Shown here piece after piece: positions 1 to 11,787 of a stretch of 64,000 nucleotides of DNA. How positions within the stretch are numbered: position 1 is the first letter of the stretch; every line of letters starts with the position of its first letter. Made by a program: the position numbers and the translations under genes. The stretch covers positions 2,232,001-2,296,000 of the forward strand of contig ML978121.1 of assembly GCA_010015805.1 (NCBI GenBank), read 5' to 3'. The DNA comes from Rhizodiscina lignyota. Taxonomy: Eukaryota. A model generated the notes under the pieces. The model was not told where the DNA came from. It did no database searches and saw only the letters and a program-made list of their open reading frames with translations.

Positions 1-364
1 CCCGAAATAGCGGTGAATAAGATGAGAAGGTGCGGATCGTATTCTGAGTTGACGAAACGCTGAAGGCTGCAGTGGGAGCCGGCCCTGTCGCAAGAAGCGC
101 TCTGGAACTCTTCGTCTGGTGTGTCAGTGGCGATGATCCAAGCGATGAGAAGTTGCTACTACGAGCGAGCGCGAGACTGGCAATGGTAATGTTTGCAGAA
201 TTCGAAGTGCCGATAGACGTGATCACGTCCCATGCTGACTGCGCCGCCGTAGTTGAATTTGTGCTGGTGAAATTTGTTGAATTGAGGTGTGCCACCACCT
301 CGGCGCCGAACGAAAAGAGCCAAACGAATCTGATGAGGAAATGGAACAGAACTCGGATCGCCAT
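1..364 (-). CDS. Partial (runs off the window) secreted Ser/Thr-rich protein
   Basis: ATG at 364 opens a stop-free frame to the window edge: MAIRVLFHFLIRFVWLFSFGAEVVAHLNSTNFTSTNSTTAAQ... It has a hydrophobic signal-peptide-like N-terminus and several N-x-S/T sequons. It is absent from the ORF track because there is no stop in the window. Confidence 0.6.
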   Translation of the reverse strand, partial: MAIRVLFHFLIRFVWLFSFGAEVVAHLNSTNFTSTNSTTAAQSAWDVITSIGTSNSANITIASLALARSSNFSSLGSSPLTHQTKSSRALLATGPAPTAAFSVSSTQNTIRTFSSYSPLFR

Positions 365-948
365 GTTGGGAGCCGATACTTCTGTCTGGAGTCCAGTGTG
401 GAGTACCAGTCGTTTGTTGCTTGTTAACTGAAGATGTTGGATCTGTGTAACATTGGTAGGTCAACGTCCTTTGTTGAGAATGTTCAAGGTATTCATGATA
501 GTGTCAGAAGATGATGGGAAATATACAAGGCTTCATGTGCTTTTTGACTAAAAGGAGATCAATACATGGAACACTTCAGCGGAGAGCTGCGCCAGTCACT
601 GGATAATAGATACGGGAAGTCGTTCAGAGAGTGTAAAGGACAAAATATGCAATGCATGTATACGGCGTGGTGAGTGGCCTGGTTTGCGTAAGACAGTATC
701 GGTGGTTTCCTGAGACACAAAGTGAGATTCGTTAACTCAGAGACGAATTCGCCGCAAAGCCAAATTTGAATACGCGATTGCGCTGGTGTATATTTTGAAT
801 TTTAGAGACGCGACTTCAGTATGACCATCCCGATGGGCCTACCATGATGAGCGGCAATCCTTGAGACTGCGCCGTCCTGGAGAGAATCGTCGCCGCATTC
901 AGTCTGAGCTGCCGCTCTCAAGAGTCTAACCATTTCTGTATCCACTTG

Positions 949-1964
949 TCAAAGCTTTATCGCCTCGTCTAGTGCATTGCGCCCGCCTCTCGCCTTTGTT
1001 TCGACATCCGCTCCTCCGTAAAGCAAAAGTTTGGCCTCTTGGACGCGTTGAAGGCGAGCGGCGACATGAAGTGCTGTGCCCATTGACTCGCGGACAAACC
1101 ATTCATCCCTGTGTACATAGTTGATATTCGCCCCTACGTTTAGCAAATGGGATATCATCCCTAATCGATCAGTGACGGGCCAGTCGCTGGCAACGGCATG
1201 GTGCAAAGCAGCGCTGTTATCAATCCTGGCCCCTTTTTCCAGTAGCATATCAATTACTGCTACTGAGGCCCTCCCTGCGGCGGCATTAAGTGTATTGCCG
1301 GAGTTTTCGTTCGGACCCCTATTGCCAGAGGGATTGCTCGGAGCCCCAAGGTTCGGATTCGCGCCCTTTTTTAAAAACCATCTGACGAGATGAACAGCGT
1401 GATGATCGAGGTAAGACTTAAAGTTCCTTACCGAAGAACAACTCTGTACCCCATACCAGGATTGTTGACATCCCACCCGTATTCTAACAGACTCTCGAAA
1501 ATTGGGATACTCAAGCTGCGAGCGGCGATGAATGGGGCCTCAAGGTCAATGAAGGGGCCGGCACTGAGAAGGTATCTTGTGATTTCCAAGTGTCCCAGAT
1601 CAAGCGCTTCGTGAAGCCCCCAAGTTAAGTACATGGGGCTCCGTCCCTCGGCAAAAAAACGAACTTGATCAAGTCTGCCGGCTTTGCATGCTAGCTTCAA
1701 GCCATCTACAGAGTGGTGATAACCCGGCATGCCGGACTTGTAATCATCACAGTCGTGTGGCCCCGGATCGCGAATATTCAAGCCCGGAGTGATCCGCGGA
1801 ACTGGCGCTCCGAGTCGTGTATTTTTCCTGATCGGTACCATTGGGGGAATTAGAGTAACAATGCAGCCATTGAAAAATACAAGCCTCTTTGACCTTCCCG
1901 TGGGATCTGGTGACAGTGTGCGGGTGATGACTCCAAAATGGAGTTCACAATTACAATTAGACAT
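949..1964 (-). CDS. Ankyrin-repeat protein (2 exons)
   Basis: Ankyrin motifs in both ORFs (LHEALDLGHLEITRYLLSAG; GTALHVAARLQRVQEAKLLLYGGADVE). Joined in frame by a putative intron 1382-1431 (GTAAGG...TCAG). Start codon uncertain. Confidence 0.8.
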
Positions 1965-2809
1965 CGCGAATATTGGAAACAGACAGTATGAAACTTGTGA
2001 GGATTCAAAAGAACAGAATTATGGAGGTGCTAACACATAGTTTGAAGGAGGTGTCCATCAATCAAGGTCGACGCGGGAATTGAAGGGCCAGTGTCTGCTG
2101 CTACTTCGGCGGGTTACGACCAAGTTCCGTCGTTAGAATGCTCTTATACTCGCCGAACAGGAGCAAGTCAAGATGTTCGAGGATCATCGGGATTGGCCTT
2201 GAGCTCGAACGGTGAAAGACGCGTGCGGCACAGCAGTTGGCAATCGTCAGCATCGCGTGCGTGTTGGAGCGGCGAGCCGGGCCAGCACGAGGTCCATTTT
2301 TAGTAACCTGCATTATCGTGTTTCTTAACTTATGCTGGCGGTCAGATAATTGACTCGAGCGAGCCATTTGCGACGCGAAGCGTGATCAAATTCATGTGAG
2401 GACAGAACTTCCGAATTATCGCAGTCGAGGCTAACCGACGGCTCAACTTCGGGTCAGTTATTCCATGGCAATGGCCCCTTAGCCTGAGCCGCAGCCGCAC
2501 CTCTTTAGTCTGCAGTACCCCCAGACAGTTGTTCTAGCTCTTCGTACAGATCAGCACATTTGCCGAGTCATCAACCTGCAAGGACTATGAAGTAAGATGG
2601 TGCTATGGCACTATTCGCCTGGTGTGTATACACATGTCAGGGGCCTTTTAAGGCTTGTGCGTGTTGGTGGTGAACGACGGTGCGATCTTTGACACAGCGG
2701 ACATGGGGACGCCCGAGAACGGATCGAGAGGACGGTGAGAAAGAACACAGCGTAACAAGGTTCCATTCACCAGTAAACGTCCATTAACTTCAAACAGGCC
2801 ATCTATGAA

Positions 2810-3859
2810 TTACCAGTCCCTCGGGAACTTATCGAATCCTTGCCTCTCTCCACCCGTCAACATTGACAGCTCGCCGTGTGAATCCTTGACCATATCCTCG
2901 AAGCACGACTGGAACATGTTGTATTCCATCTCATCCGTATAAACCCTGCGCGTCCACTCGGCCTCCTCGTGAGAGATCTTGATGGTCTCAGTTCCCCTGC
3001 CACCAGCAGCAGCATCAGCCATGAGCTGTGCCTCGATACATCGGTCCATGGCACCGAAAAGATATGTTGCGGCGTCGACAGTCTTTGCGACAGTCAAGAT
3101 ACCGTGGCTCTGCAGGATGACGGCCTTCTTGTTGCCGAGTGCCTTGGCGATTCTTCGACCCTCCTCATGAGCGAGGACGATGCCGCCGAAGTTGTCGTAC
3201 ATGGCATGGTCGTTGTAGAATCGGCATGCATCCTGGTTGATAGGCTCGAGTTTGCATCCGAGTGATGAGAAGGCTTTGGTAGGCAGACTGTGGCAGTGTA
3301 CCGCGGCAATCACATCTGGGCGAGCCTGATGCACAGCGGCGTGGATGGCGAATCCGGCGGGGTTTATGGCGTGCATGTTGCCCTCGGGCTGCACGATACC
3401 TTCCTCGTCGACAAGGCATAGGTCCTCGGGCTTCATATGTCTGAAGCTCTTGCAGAATGGATTGATCCAGAAGTGGTCGGGCTTGATTGGGTCTCGAACC
3501 TATGAAAGTACTCTTAGTATATATACAGGCTTCACGTCTACTTCTAGGCATACCGTGATGTGGCCACCAGCACCCTCATTGTTATATCCGTTGACACCCA
3601 ACCAGCGGATAGCAGCGGCGTGGTGCATCTTCCTGAAGGCTCGCTCGTCCAAGGGGTTCGAAAATGTTGGGATGCGGACTTGCGTTACAGGTTGGATCTG
3701 ATTGCCGCTAATGGGGTGGGCGCCGTATACAAATTTGTCGAGCGGTCTATCAAGTCCACTCTTTCGGAGCTGGGCAGCTCGCTCGTCACCAGTCAATTGA
3801 TCATATGTCTGCGGAGAGGATTGGCCTCCATTGACCTTTTCGACTGCAACTGGTGCCAT
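2810..3859 (-). CDS. Class II aldolase/adducin-family protein
   Basis: Intron 3500-3553 gives EGAGGHIT|VRDPIKPDHFWINPF. Metal-binding HCH and QSHG motifs, plus INPAGFAIH. Confidence 0.92.
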
Positions 3860-4528
3860 GCTGCGATGATAATGAAACGAGATTCAAAATTCACTGAAAA
3901 TGCTGTAGGTTGTGACAGAATTACGAAGAGCAATGAATGAGGAAATCTAAAAATTGATATCCACTGATATGAAGCTCAATTCAGGCCCTCGGATGTTATT
4001 GCCGTGCGGAGACCCCACAGTATATTTGCCACCCCATCTTCCCCAAAACTTCAGAGTGGAGCATCTGGTGCCGCTCATTAGAGTACGGAAAGTCTGTGTC
4101 CTTTGCCGGAAAAGTTGATATTCGGAAAAGAACGATAGGAAAAGCCGTCCAAACTGTATGTACGACAGTGCTGTCGAATAGGGCTCCATCGAATACAACA
4201 CGCTAATCGTATCGAGAAGTATCAGGGAGTGAGCATACCTCACTTTTACCGCTGGATGCCGATGTGCTCCGCATATTAGTTTCCGCTCTTCTCTACTTCG
4301 TACATTGAGGTCATACCGTAAGGTAATTAGGGCGTATACATCTAAGTATGACTATAAATACACCTTCATTTACATTGAAGTATTTGTGCTTCTTCGCTTT
4401 CTTACGTTGCACGCCTTCGGTCTGAGCCACCTTTCGCCGCTGTCAGTCTGTTGACGCACTGAAAGCTTAGTACAAAAACGTATTGGATGAATTGATATAC
4501 AGACTATTAAATGGTGACACAAATGCTC

Positions 4529-5353
4529 TTAGGGCCAAGGAGGCGGCAAACCCCGGCCTCGACCACGGCCATAACCTGTGCCATAGCCTGTACCAAAGCC
4601 TGTACCATAGCCTTGACCATATCCTTGACCCCAGCCCCTATTTCTGCCATCTTGATGTTCAGCGCCATAGTGTCCACCACCGTAAGATCCGCCATAATGC
4701 GCGCCATTATTATATCCCCCATCAGAAGATTCATAACGTGGCCGTCGAACACCGCCGGCACCGCCCATTTGGCCTCTGTTGCCACCAAATTCATCTGCAC
4801 CCCAACCGCCCATTCTACCAGACGATCCTTCGCTCATGCCGCTAGGTGTTCGGCGGCCTGTCGCTGCACCGGTGTTGGAATCACCGAAAGCCTCAGCAGC
4901 AAGGTCAATTCCGGGAGCAGGAGTGGCAGCAGGCTGAGCGGGTGCGGCGATGGTAGGTTGGGCTTGCTCACCAGCGGGCTGAGCAATCGCCCTAAATCCA
5001 GGTTGGCGAGCTGGCGCTTGCTCGTACCACCGTGACTGATGGCCCTGCAGCTGGACAATGAGGTCGTGTGTCATTCGTCTGCCGGCAACTCCCTCGTGAT
5101 TGAGAGCATACTTGAGCGACTCTACAACTTGCGCTACGGGCTCGGGAAATTCTGGAAACCGTGTTCGAAGCAGTTGGCCATCTGGGAGCTTCCAGACAAT
5201 TGGTGCGAGGCGGATATCAGAGACCGCAACTGGAAGCTGATAATACGACTCTCTGTCGATGAAGCGCTGGATGTGCCTTCCGTGAACGACTCCGGCACCG
5301 CGTACGTATACAGACTCGCCTGTGGAAGAAACTGGATTCTGAAAACGGAACAT
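4529..5353 (-). CDS. Hypothetical protein with Gly/Tyr/Arg-rich low-complexity C-terminus
   Basis: 274-aa ATG ORF. Upstream TATATAA (5683-5689, minus strand) and a putative 5'UTR intron 5506-5566 (GTATGT...CCAG). Confidence 0.65.
   Translation of the reverse strand: MFRFQNPVSSTGESVYVRGAGVVHGRHIQRFIDRESYYQLPVAVSDIRLAPIVWKLPDGQLLRTRFPEFPEPVAQVVESLKYALNHEGVAGRRMTHDLIVQLQGHQSRWYEQAPARQPGFRAIAQPAGEQAQPTIAAPAQPAATPAPGIDLAAEAFGDSNTGAATGRRTPSGMSEGSSGRMGGWGADEFGGNRGQMGGAGGVRRPRYESSDGGYNNGAHYGGSYGGGHYGAEHQDGRNRGWGQGYGQGYGTGFGTGYGTGYGRGRGRGLPPPWP
4569..4637. repeat. 12-bp coding tandem repeat (~6 degenerate units, G-[YFW]-G-[TQ])
   Basis: Units ccataacctgtg, ccatagcctgta, ccaaagcctgta, ccatagccttga, ccatatccttga, ccccagccc. 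Confidence 0.85.
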
Positions 5354-6450
5354 TGTAAAGAGGTCCGGGAAGTCTGTGTTTAGTGTTGGGGCCTGAGAGT
5401 TGATCAGGCTCGAACGGTGATGGAATTTACGTCCTGGGCAAGAGTCGACTCGATTTATCAGCGGTCGGCGACTTCTTCCGCGTCAATTGATGGTGTTTGG
5501 TGTGTCTGGTGTTGCAGAATGAGGCGTTACTATTCAGAGAAAGCTGTAGTTATACACTAAACATACCAGAGATTAGAAGTGGCCCTTTGGACTTGGAAGT
5601 CTGAGAGAAGAAGATGGTGATACTGCAGGCTTGGTAGGTTGGTGATATATTAAAAAGAGAAGTTCTTTAGAAGAAGTTAAGATTATATAAGTGCGGAAAA
5701 TGTGTCAAGAATAGAGTTGCAACACTCCAGAGCTTCACGTCCCCATGCATGGGATGGGCGTAAGTGTGTTCGGGATTCACTAAAGCAATGAGCTTAAGCA
5801 AGGATAAGAAGGTTTGTCAGTCAGGAAATACCACCCAATATGGTCTATTTTGGGTAGTTCGAGGGACACTTTGATTGAGAAGATGCTTTCCAATAGCAAC
5901 TGTGCGCAGCGTATCCTCCGTGATACGTTAGATGATGAGGATCTTAGTGCACCTCCACCGTTATACTTGGATTTCAATTCCTGTCCCGTGGATCTCCAGA
6001 GGTTAAATGCAACATGCTTAAAATTCAAGCGTATATTGATTAGTTTGAAGGCAAGCGGCGGGAATAGCTGGTCAAGACTGGGTTGATGGGACTTATGCGC
6101 GCAAAGTCAAGGAAGTGAGCATGCTAATAGTCAAGTTTAGGAGGGGAGACATTTTGAGCATCGCTTGAAAGGCGAAGTGGAGATGTCATACTCTTTATGA
6201 TCGGGACTGGCGGAGTGAAATGGAAATGGGATGATTTGTACCAGCGCCAAGACTGCTTATACGAAGGCTGGGAGCGACCAACAATTTGCCTATCGGAGCT
6301 TAGCCGCCCCTCGCTGCTGACCTCATCCAATCAGAAGTTGCATGTGGCCCCTTTCATGAATTAACTCAGAACTTGCTTACTTTCTTAACATTCAGACAAA
6401 TTATATTCACGCAACAGGTCATTCAGTCGACTTGAAGACGTAACGACAAG

Positions 6451-6975
6451 ATGGCACTTTCAGCACTTCCGACGTGGCCGCTCCTTCTCTTCGGCGTGAT
6501 CGAGCCAGTGCTGCTGTACGCAACCTTACCCAGCTGACGAATATCAACATATTGATATCTGAATAGTACTTGGGCATATATATTATGCCTCAAGGACCCC
6601 CAAGCATACTACATGCAACAGCACCCAAACCAGAGTCTCTTCCAAGGTTTTCCGGCACAAGCACTCTCATTGTCTTTACAAATGGGCAATGTGCTGCTTC
6701 TGCTCGCTGCGATGGCCGTCATCTGCTGCTTCACCAATCATTCCGACATTTCCAAGAAGTATCTCATCGCAGTGGCTTTTGCAGACTTTGGCCATATATA
6801 TGCAGCATACGTGGCTTTGGGCGACGACTACTTCTGGGATGTGGGTAAATGGAACGACATGACCTGGGGCAACGTCGGGGTGAGCGTATTTCTGAATGCC
6901 AACAGGTGGCTGACGGTGCTGGGCGTATTTGGAGCTATCGGAAATAGAGGAAGGCGAGGAGTGAAAGAAAACTAG
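6451..6975 (+). CDS. Small fungal multi-pass membrane protein of unknown function
   Basis: Exon 6451-6515, intron 6516-6566 (GTACGC...TAG), exon 6567-6975. Reads MALSALPTWPLLLFGVIEPVLLTWAYILCLKDPQAYYMQQ...ADFGHIYA, with ~4 hydrophobic segments. Confidence 0.8.
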
Positions 6976-7665
6976 ATCCTGCTATTCGGAGGCACTGGCC
7001 GACTCGAGGGGGACAAAATGGCTGACCCCGATGGACGTCAAACGAGTGCACCACGAACGAGTCTTGCTTTTCAGCTTCAGCAATAGTATCGCTAAAAGCT
7101 CGGTGCAGTATGCCTTGGCTAGAGGTTATTCGGATCACAAAGCTCTGATGAATGTAATTCATCTCTCCACAAGCGACTACGCGCATTAATCGCTTGATAC
7201 ATCGCAGCTAAGACTGAACCTCTTCTTTCTGTCACGCTCGAAATTGAAACTTCAATATCCACCATTTCTACTGACATGTGATGCTATGTGGTGGCTTTTA
7301 CTAACCAAGCACACCTAATCGAGTACCCTTTCCCCCAACACTCAGGCTGCCTGCTGAGTTTCACAACCACCGAGTGTTAGAGCACCGTGACCTGAATGTT
7401 CCGAGGGGAATGATGGCACGGGCCGACACATAGAGAACACCTACATCTGCATATAAATACTTCCATCTCCGCTTGCTGTTTGGCCGACATTTACTTCTCT
7501 TTCCACTAGCCCTCTCAAATACACTAAAACACGACTACTCCCCAATCAACCAGACCTCGAGTCAAATCCTCTTCATCTTGCATCACAAGCTCTTCTAGAA
7601 CTCCCTACAAACAGCCTTTGATACTGCAGACACAGCTTCATACCACGACACTCATCAAAAATACC

Positions 7666-8229
7666 ATGTCGACGATGGGCGCCTCAACTTGTCTAGGTCC
7701 GTTGATATCTCTTCTGGGATGCATCTTCGGGGCCCCGTATGACCTATGCGAGTGGATCCAGTTCTCTCTCTTCCTCCCTTCGAGCATCCTGTGGATGGTC
7801 TGTCTGGATGTCCGCCCCCCGCACATCTATTATGCCGAAAGCTACAAAGCCTTGAAAGCCTACAAGGCCACGAACTACAATCGCATCGACATCTACAGTT
7901 ACTACGTATCGCGGTTGTTCTACGTGACGATCCTTCTCTCACAGGTTCGGGTGGGCTGCTGGATGACTGGGCTGCTGTTCCGGACGCTCATTTGGGGGAT
8001 CACGGCAGACCAGCACCTCTGTGGATTGGCGTGGCAGATCCATCTCTTGGGGGTAATTGTTGTGGTATATACCTTCATCGTTGGAATTCTCATGTCCGTT
8101 CTCTGGGCCTACATGTTGTCCGTCACAGTTCGGGTGCTCAAGAGTTCTTTCATGAGCATTGATGAAGCGGCAGGCGGTGATGATTCAGAAATGGGTCATG
8201 ATGGATTAGATAAGACAGACGAGGCTTAG
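7666..8229 (+). CDS. Hypothetical membrane protein
   Basis: ATG at 7666. Several hydrophobic segments and an acidic tail. TATAAA near 7453 followed by a CT-rich leader. Confidence 0.55.
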   Translation: MSTMGASTCLGPLISLLGCIFGAPYDLCEWIQFSLFLPSSILWMVCLDVRPPHIYYAESYKALKAYKATNYNRIDIYSYYVSRLFYVTILLSQVRVGCWMTGLLFRTLIWGITADQHLCGLAWQIHLLGVIVVVYTFIVGILMSVLWAYMLSVTVRVLKSSFMSIDEAAGGDDSEMGHDGLDKTDEA

Positions 8230-8470
8230 GAGAAAGTTGAATTCGAGAAAGGTATAAAGGAATTGGTTGATGGGCTGGCTGAGGTGTGACGGCACACAAG
8301 AGTGCGGGGATGAAGTTGTCAATGTGACAGCGGCTCAAATGCTTTCCACAAGCGGAACTACGGGAAGGGTCTTCGGCGTTCGAATATCCATACGGATACT
8401 TGCTCTTAACGATCTTGCTTTAGTCATTGATCAGCTACTCGGCTTACATTGAGAAACATTCCGAACAGCG

Positions 8471-10575
8471 CTAGAACAGTATCTCTCCACCATCGATATT
8501 GGTGCCTCCAGCTTTTGCAATTTGCACAATACCTGCCTTGAGCAAGTCCTGTACGAGTGAGAAGATCAATCCGTCACAACCCTTCGCAGCCATAAAATCC
8601 ACTGTTACTGGAAGTGATTCATTGTGGTTCGTGATCGTGCTGAAAGCAGAGGCCTGCCCAATCGGCACGACCATATCTGGTCCGCCCCAAATCGGACTGA
8701 TCCTGCCACTTGAGAAGCCTGTAGGGCCGCTGTCGGGAGCTGGGAAGTACACATTCCTGGGATTTGGCCGTGCAGAACTGCCAACGTAGAGCATCAGCTT
8801 GCTGGAGCAGGTCTTTGGATCCGGAGAAAGGACATTGCTAGAGAACCAGTTCGTAAAGACAGTCATATTGCGCTGCCCGTCGGCGATGGTTTCGGTGAGA
8901 TTTTCGGCAAAGGCCCATCGGGCAAGAGGAACAGGATCGATAAATGGTCGGCGTCCTTCGTGCGCAGCGGCATAGTCTGCATAAAACGGATCACGGACAA
9001 GGCGGATTTGCTCTTGCCCAATTAGTAAGGGGTATGTGAGATTCAGATACTGAGCAATTGGAGCAGTGACTCCTTTCGGGGGATTTGCGGACCATGCCGT
9101 GGTCATGTTGAAAGTAGAAACACTCCCACCGAGGAAATCTTTGAGCTTCGACACAAAGTCTATCAGAAGCGAATTAGCTTCATTGTTGGCGACTTCCGGA
9201 AAGCCAACGGTCAAGATCTCTTTGGGATACGTTGAAGTGAATGTGATATTATCTTTGTAAAGCGCCTTAGCAGCAGTGGCCCAGAGCACGGGGTCTCTAG
9301 TAAGCAATCCAGACGTGTCCATTTCCGGGGCAAGGGGCATAACGTTATCCAGCGATACCAGTCCGTGAGATGGTCGATTTCCGAACAAGCCTTGAACCTG
9401 GCTTGGACCTCTTATAGATCCTCCTGTGTCGGAACCGATCGTTATGTCTAGCCAGGAATATGCCCCCGTACCTGCACCTGGTCCAGAAGATGAAGACGAA
9501 GGATCCTGGTAGCCGTCGCCTCTTGGATTGAATGGCGAGTGATAATCTACCCAATCTGCTGTGGCGGACTCGCCATTCGCAAATTGGCTGGTCTTCATTT
9601 TACCGACAATGATTGCCCCGGCATCTATCAAATTAGATACTGCGGGACCGGTTTTGTTTGCTTCGGGGTAAAAATGATACCAGGCTCTGTTGCCGTCACT
9701 AGTCTTCATGCCTGCAATGTCATAGATATCCTTGACACCAAGACGTACTCCGGCCAAGGGTTTCTCTGCGGTTTTCGTGAAGTACAAGCGAGATGGTACT
9801 GCTACTGCGAGGGACTGGCCTGGAATATTCGCAGGAAGGACGGAGAATTTGCCATCCGGGCTCGCGTAAATGGTCTCGGTGAAGGCACCCACGACATCGG
9901 AATAGAGCCGGTAAGCCTCATAGATCGCTCCAGAGCTAGACATGAAGTACGGTCCATTTGGTATGGTCGATGACTTGGTCAAATGACTTGAGCTCGTGAC
10001 GAAGCTCACTCCAGCAAATTTCGAGATCTTTGGCTTGGATTTCGACGAGCCGATATATTGGACATATAAAGCTAAGCTTCTGTTAGAATTTTGCTAATCT
10101 CATGTAGAAAAAGTTCTATTCATGACAAGCATTCACGAAATGGATCGAAAGCCTCTGGGATGGGAGCTAAGAAGAGATCAAAATATCGAATGAAAAACTG
10201 TACGCAAAAACAGTATCGTGAGAATCCAAATTCAAAGCACGAATGTAATCAATATCGCCCTAATGTCTACATATGAGTCATACCTTCCATGAAGCCATCT
10301 TGAAAGACATCATCACTGCTTTTGAACTCCGCAACTGAGGCCGCAAGCTCAGACTCTCCATACGAGAAGGAGGAAGCTGTGACTACCGTGATGGGCGTGA
10401 ACGAGTCCGGAGAGATGCTAGACAGCTTAGTGGAAGCTGGAACTGAGCCAATGGCCTTTGGAGGAATGTAGTATGGCACATCATTGAGCGTCACTGTGAA
10501 ACCCGTTGATGATAGGGCAGAGCGAACGACGCAAGTACAAAGAGATACAACGATTGCAAATGAGGCGACCAGCAT
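8471..10575 (-). CDS. Secreted amidase-signature family protein (GatA-like fold)
   Basis: Signal peptide in exon 1 (10284-10575), intron 10072-10283. Motifs [16 protein letters not shown] and [11 protein letters not shown] (Ser-cisSer-Lys triad). Confidence 0.92.
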
Positions 10576-11787
10576 TTTGACCAGAGAAATGACGAACGCG
10601 TCAAGCGATTACTTTGGAGAGCGGGTGCTGCCCTTCGTGGGCTTAAGAATGGCAACTCTGCCACATTGTCGAGGCGGGAAGTAGCTGCCGGCGTCAGTCC
10701 GTACGCAGCATATACGAAAGACCGGATGAACCGCGCCTGTAACTGTCTTTGAAGTTGTGTAGGCGAGCTAAATAGCCTGAGTTATCCACCATCACTTGCT
10801 AGCCCATATACCGCAGGTGGAGATCATTCATCGTCGGGGACTTGAAGGAAGCGCAATATCAAGACAAGGTAGGTCAGGCACGAAGCAATCGGATTGGTTA
10901 GTTTTCGAGGAGCCACGATTGCCGTGCCTGACCGGCGCCAGAGATGCATGATGTACGATATCGCCTGGCACAGGTTGGCAGGATCCGACGCGTCGATTTC
11001 GCGATAAGGAGATTCTTCGAGCTCTGCAGAAGTTATGTGTCAATCCCTTTTGAAAATTAGACGATTCCACATCAAGGAGTTGGTAGAAAGGAACATAGCA
11101 GATTCCAACATGCATTTTTAATCATTTCCAGTTCTTTGCCATTGGGGTTACCTGGCAAAGCCGTGATGCGGAAAGAGACGATGTCGAAAAAGAGACTTTA
11201 CCGGATGCAGAAGGTCACCATCATAGGCGGGCGTTGACAGGGCTTGCTTCAATCACCGATAATAAATCAGGTAACGTTCGTGCCAGTCTCTTCCGATACG
11301 AGAATTTGTGCTTATTTTTTAACTCTACGATACGCTTCACATTTTCGAATGCTAAGCATCTGACTTTATGAGCTTAGGTTTGAGTCAAATCATACGACAC
11401 GTCATACAAATACTTTAAAATGATGACGAGGAAAATCTGCACTGGAAAATAGGTGCACTCCCATGATCGAATAGCAATTAACAGATTTAAATGGATAGAC
11501 TAGCAGAAACTGTCCGAACAGCGTTCTGTCACTAAGCAGTGTGGATAATAAATTTTTGAGCTAAGATATGAGCGGAACGCATGGATCATGATTGCATTGT
11601 AAAAATTGAAGATGGATATACAACTCCAGACGCTGTAACGCACCAAGTCAAGACTCATACAATAGACAATCTCCCTAATATTCTCGGATGATTGAAAGGT
11701 AATCCAATATTCCAGGTCAGTCCTCTTTCCACACACTTATCAACAATCGTCTAGACTTCGGAAGCAGTTCCCTTGACATTGGTGGTG

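Noticed and set aside
5745..6086. Possible small spliced gene (GTAAGT at 5760 plus 90-codon frame)
   Set aside because: No convincing branch site or recognisable product.
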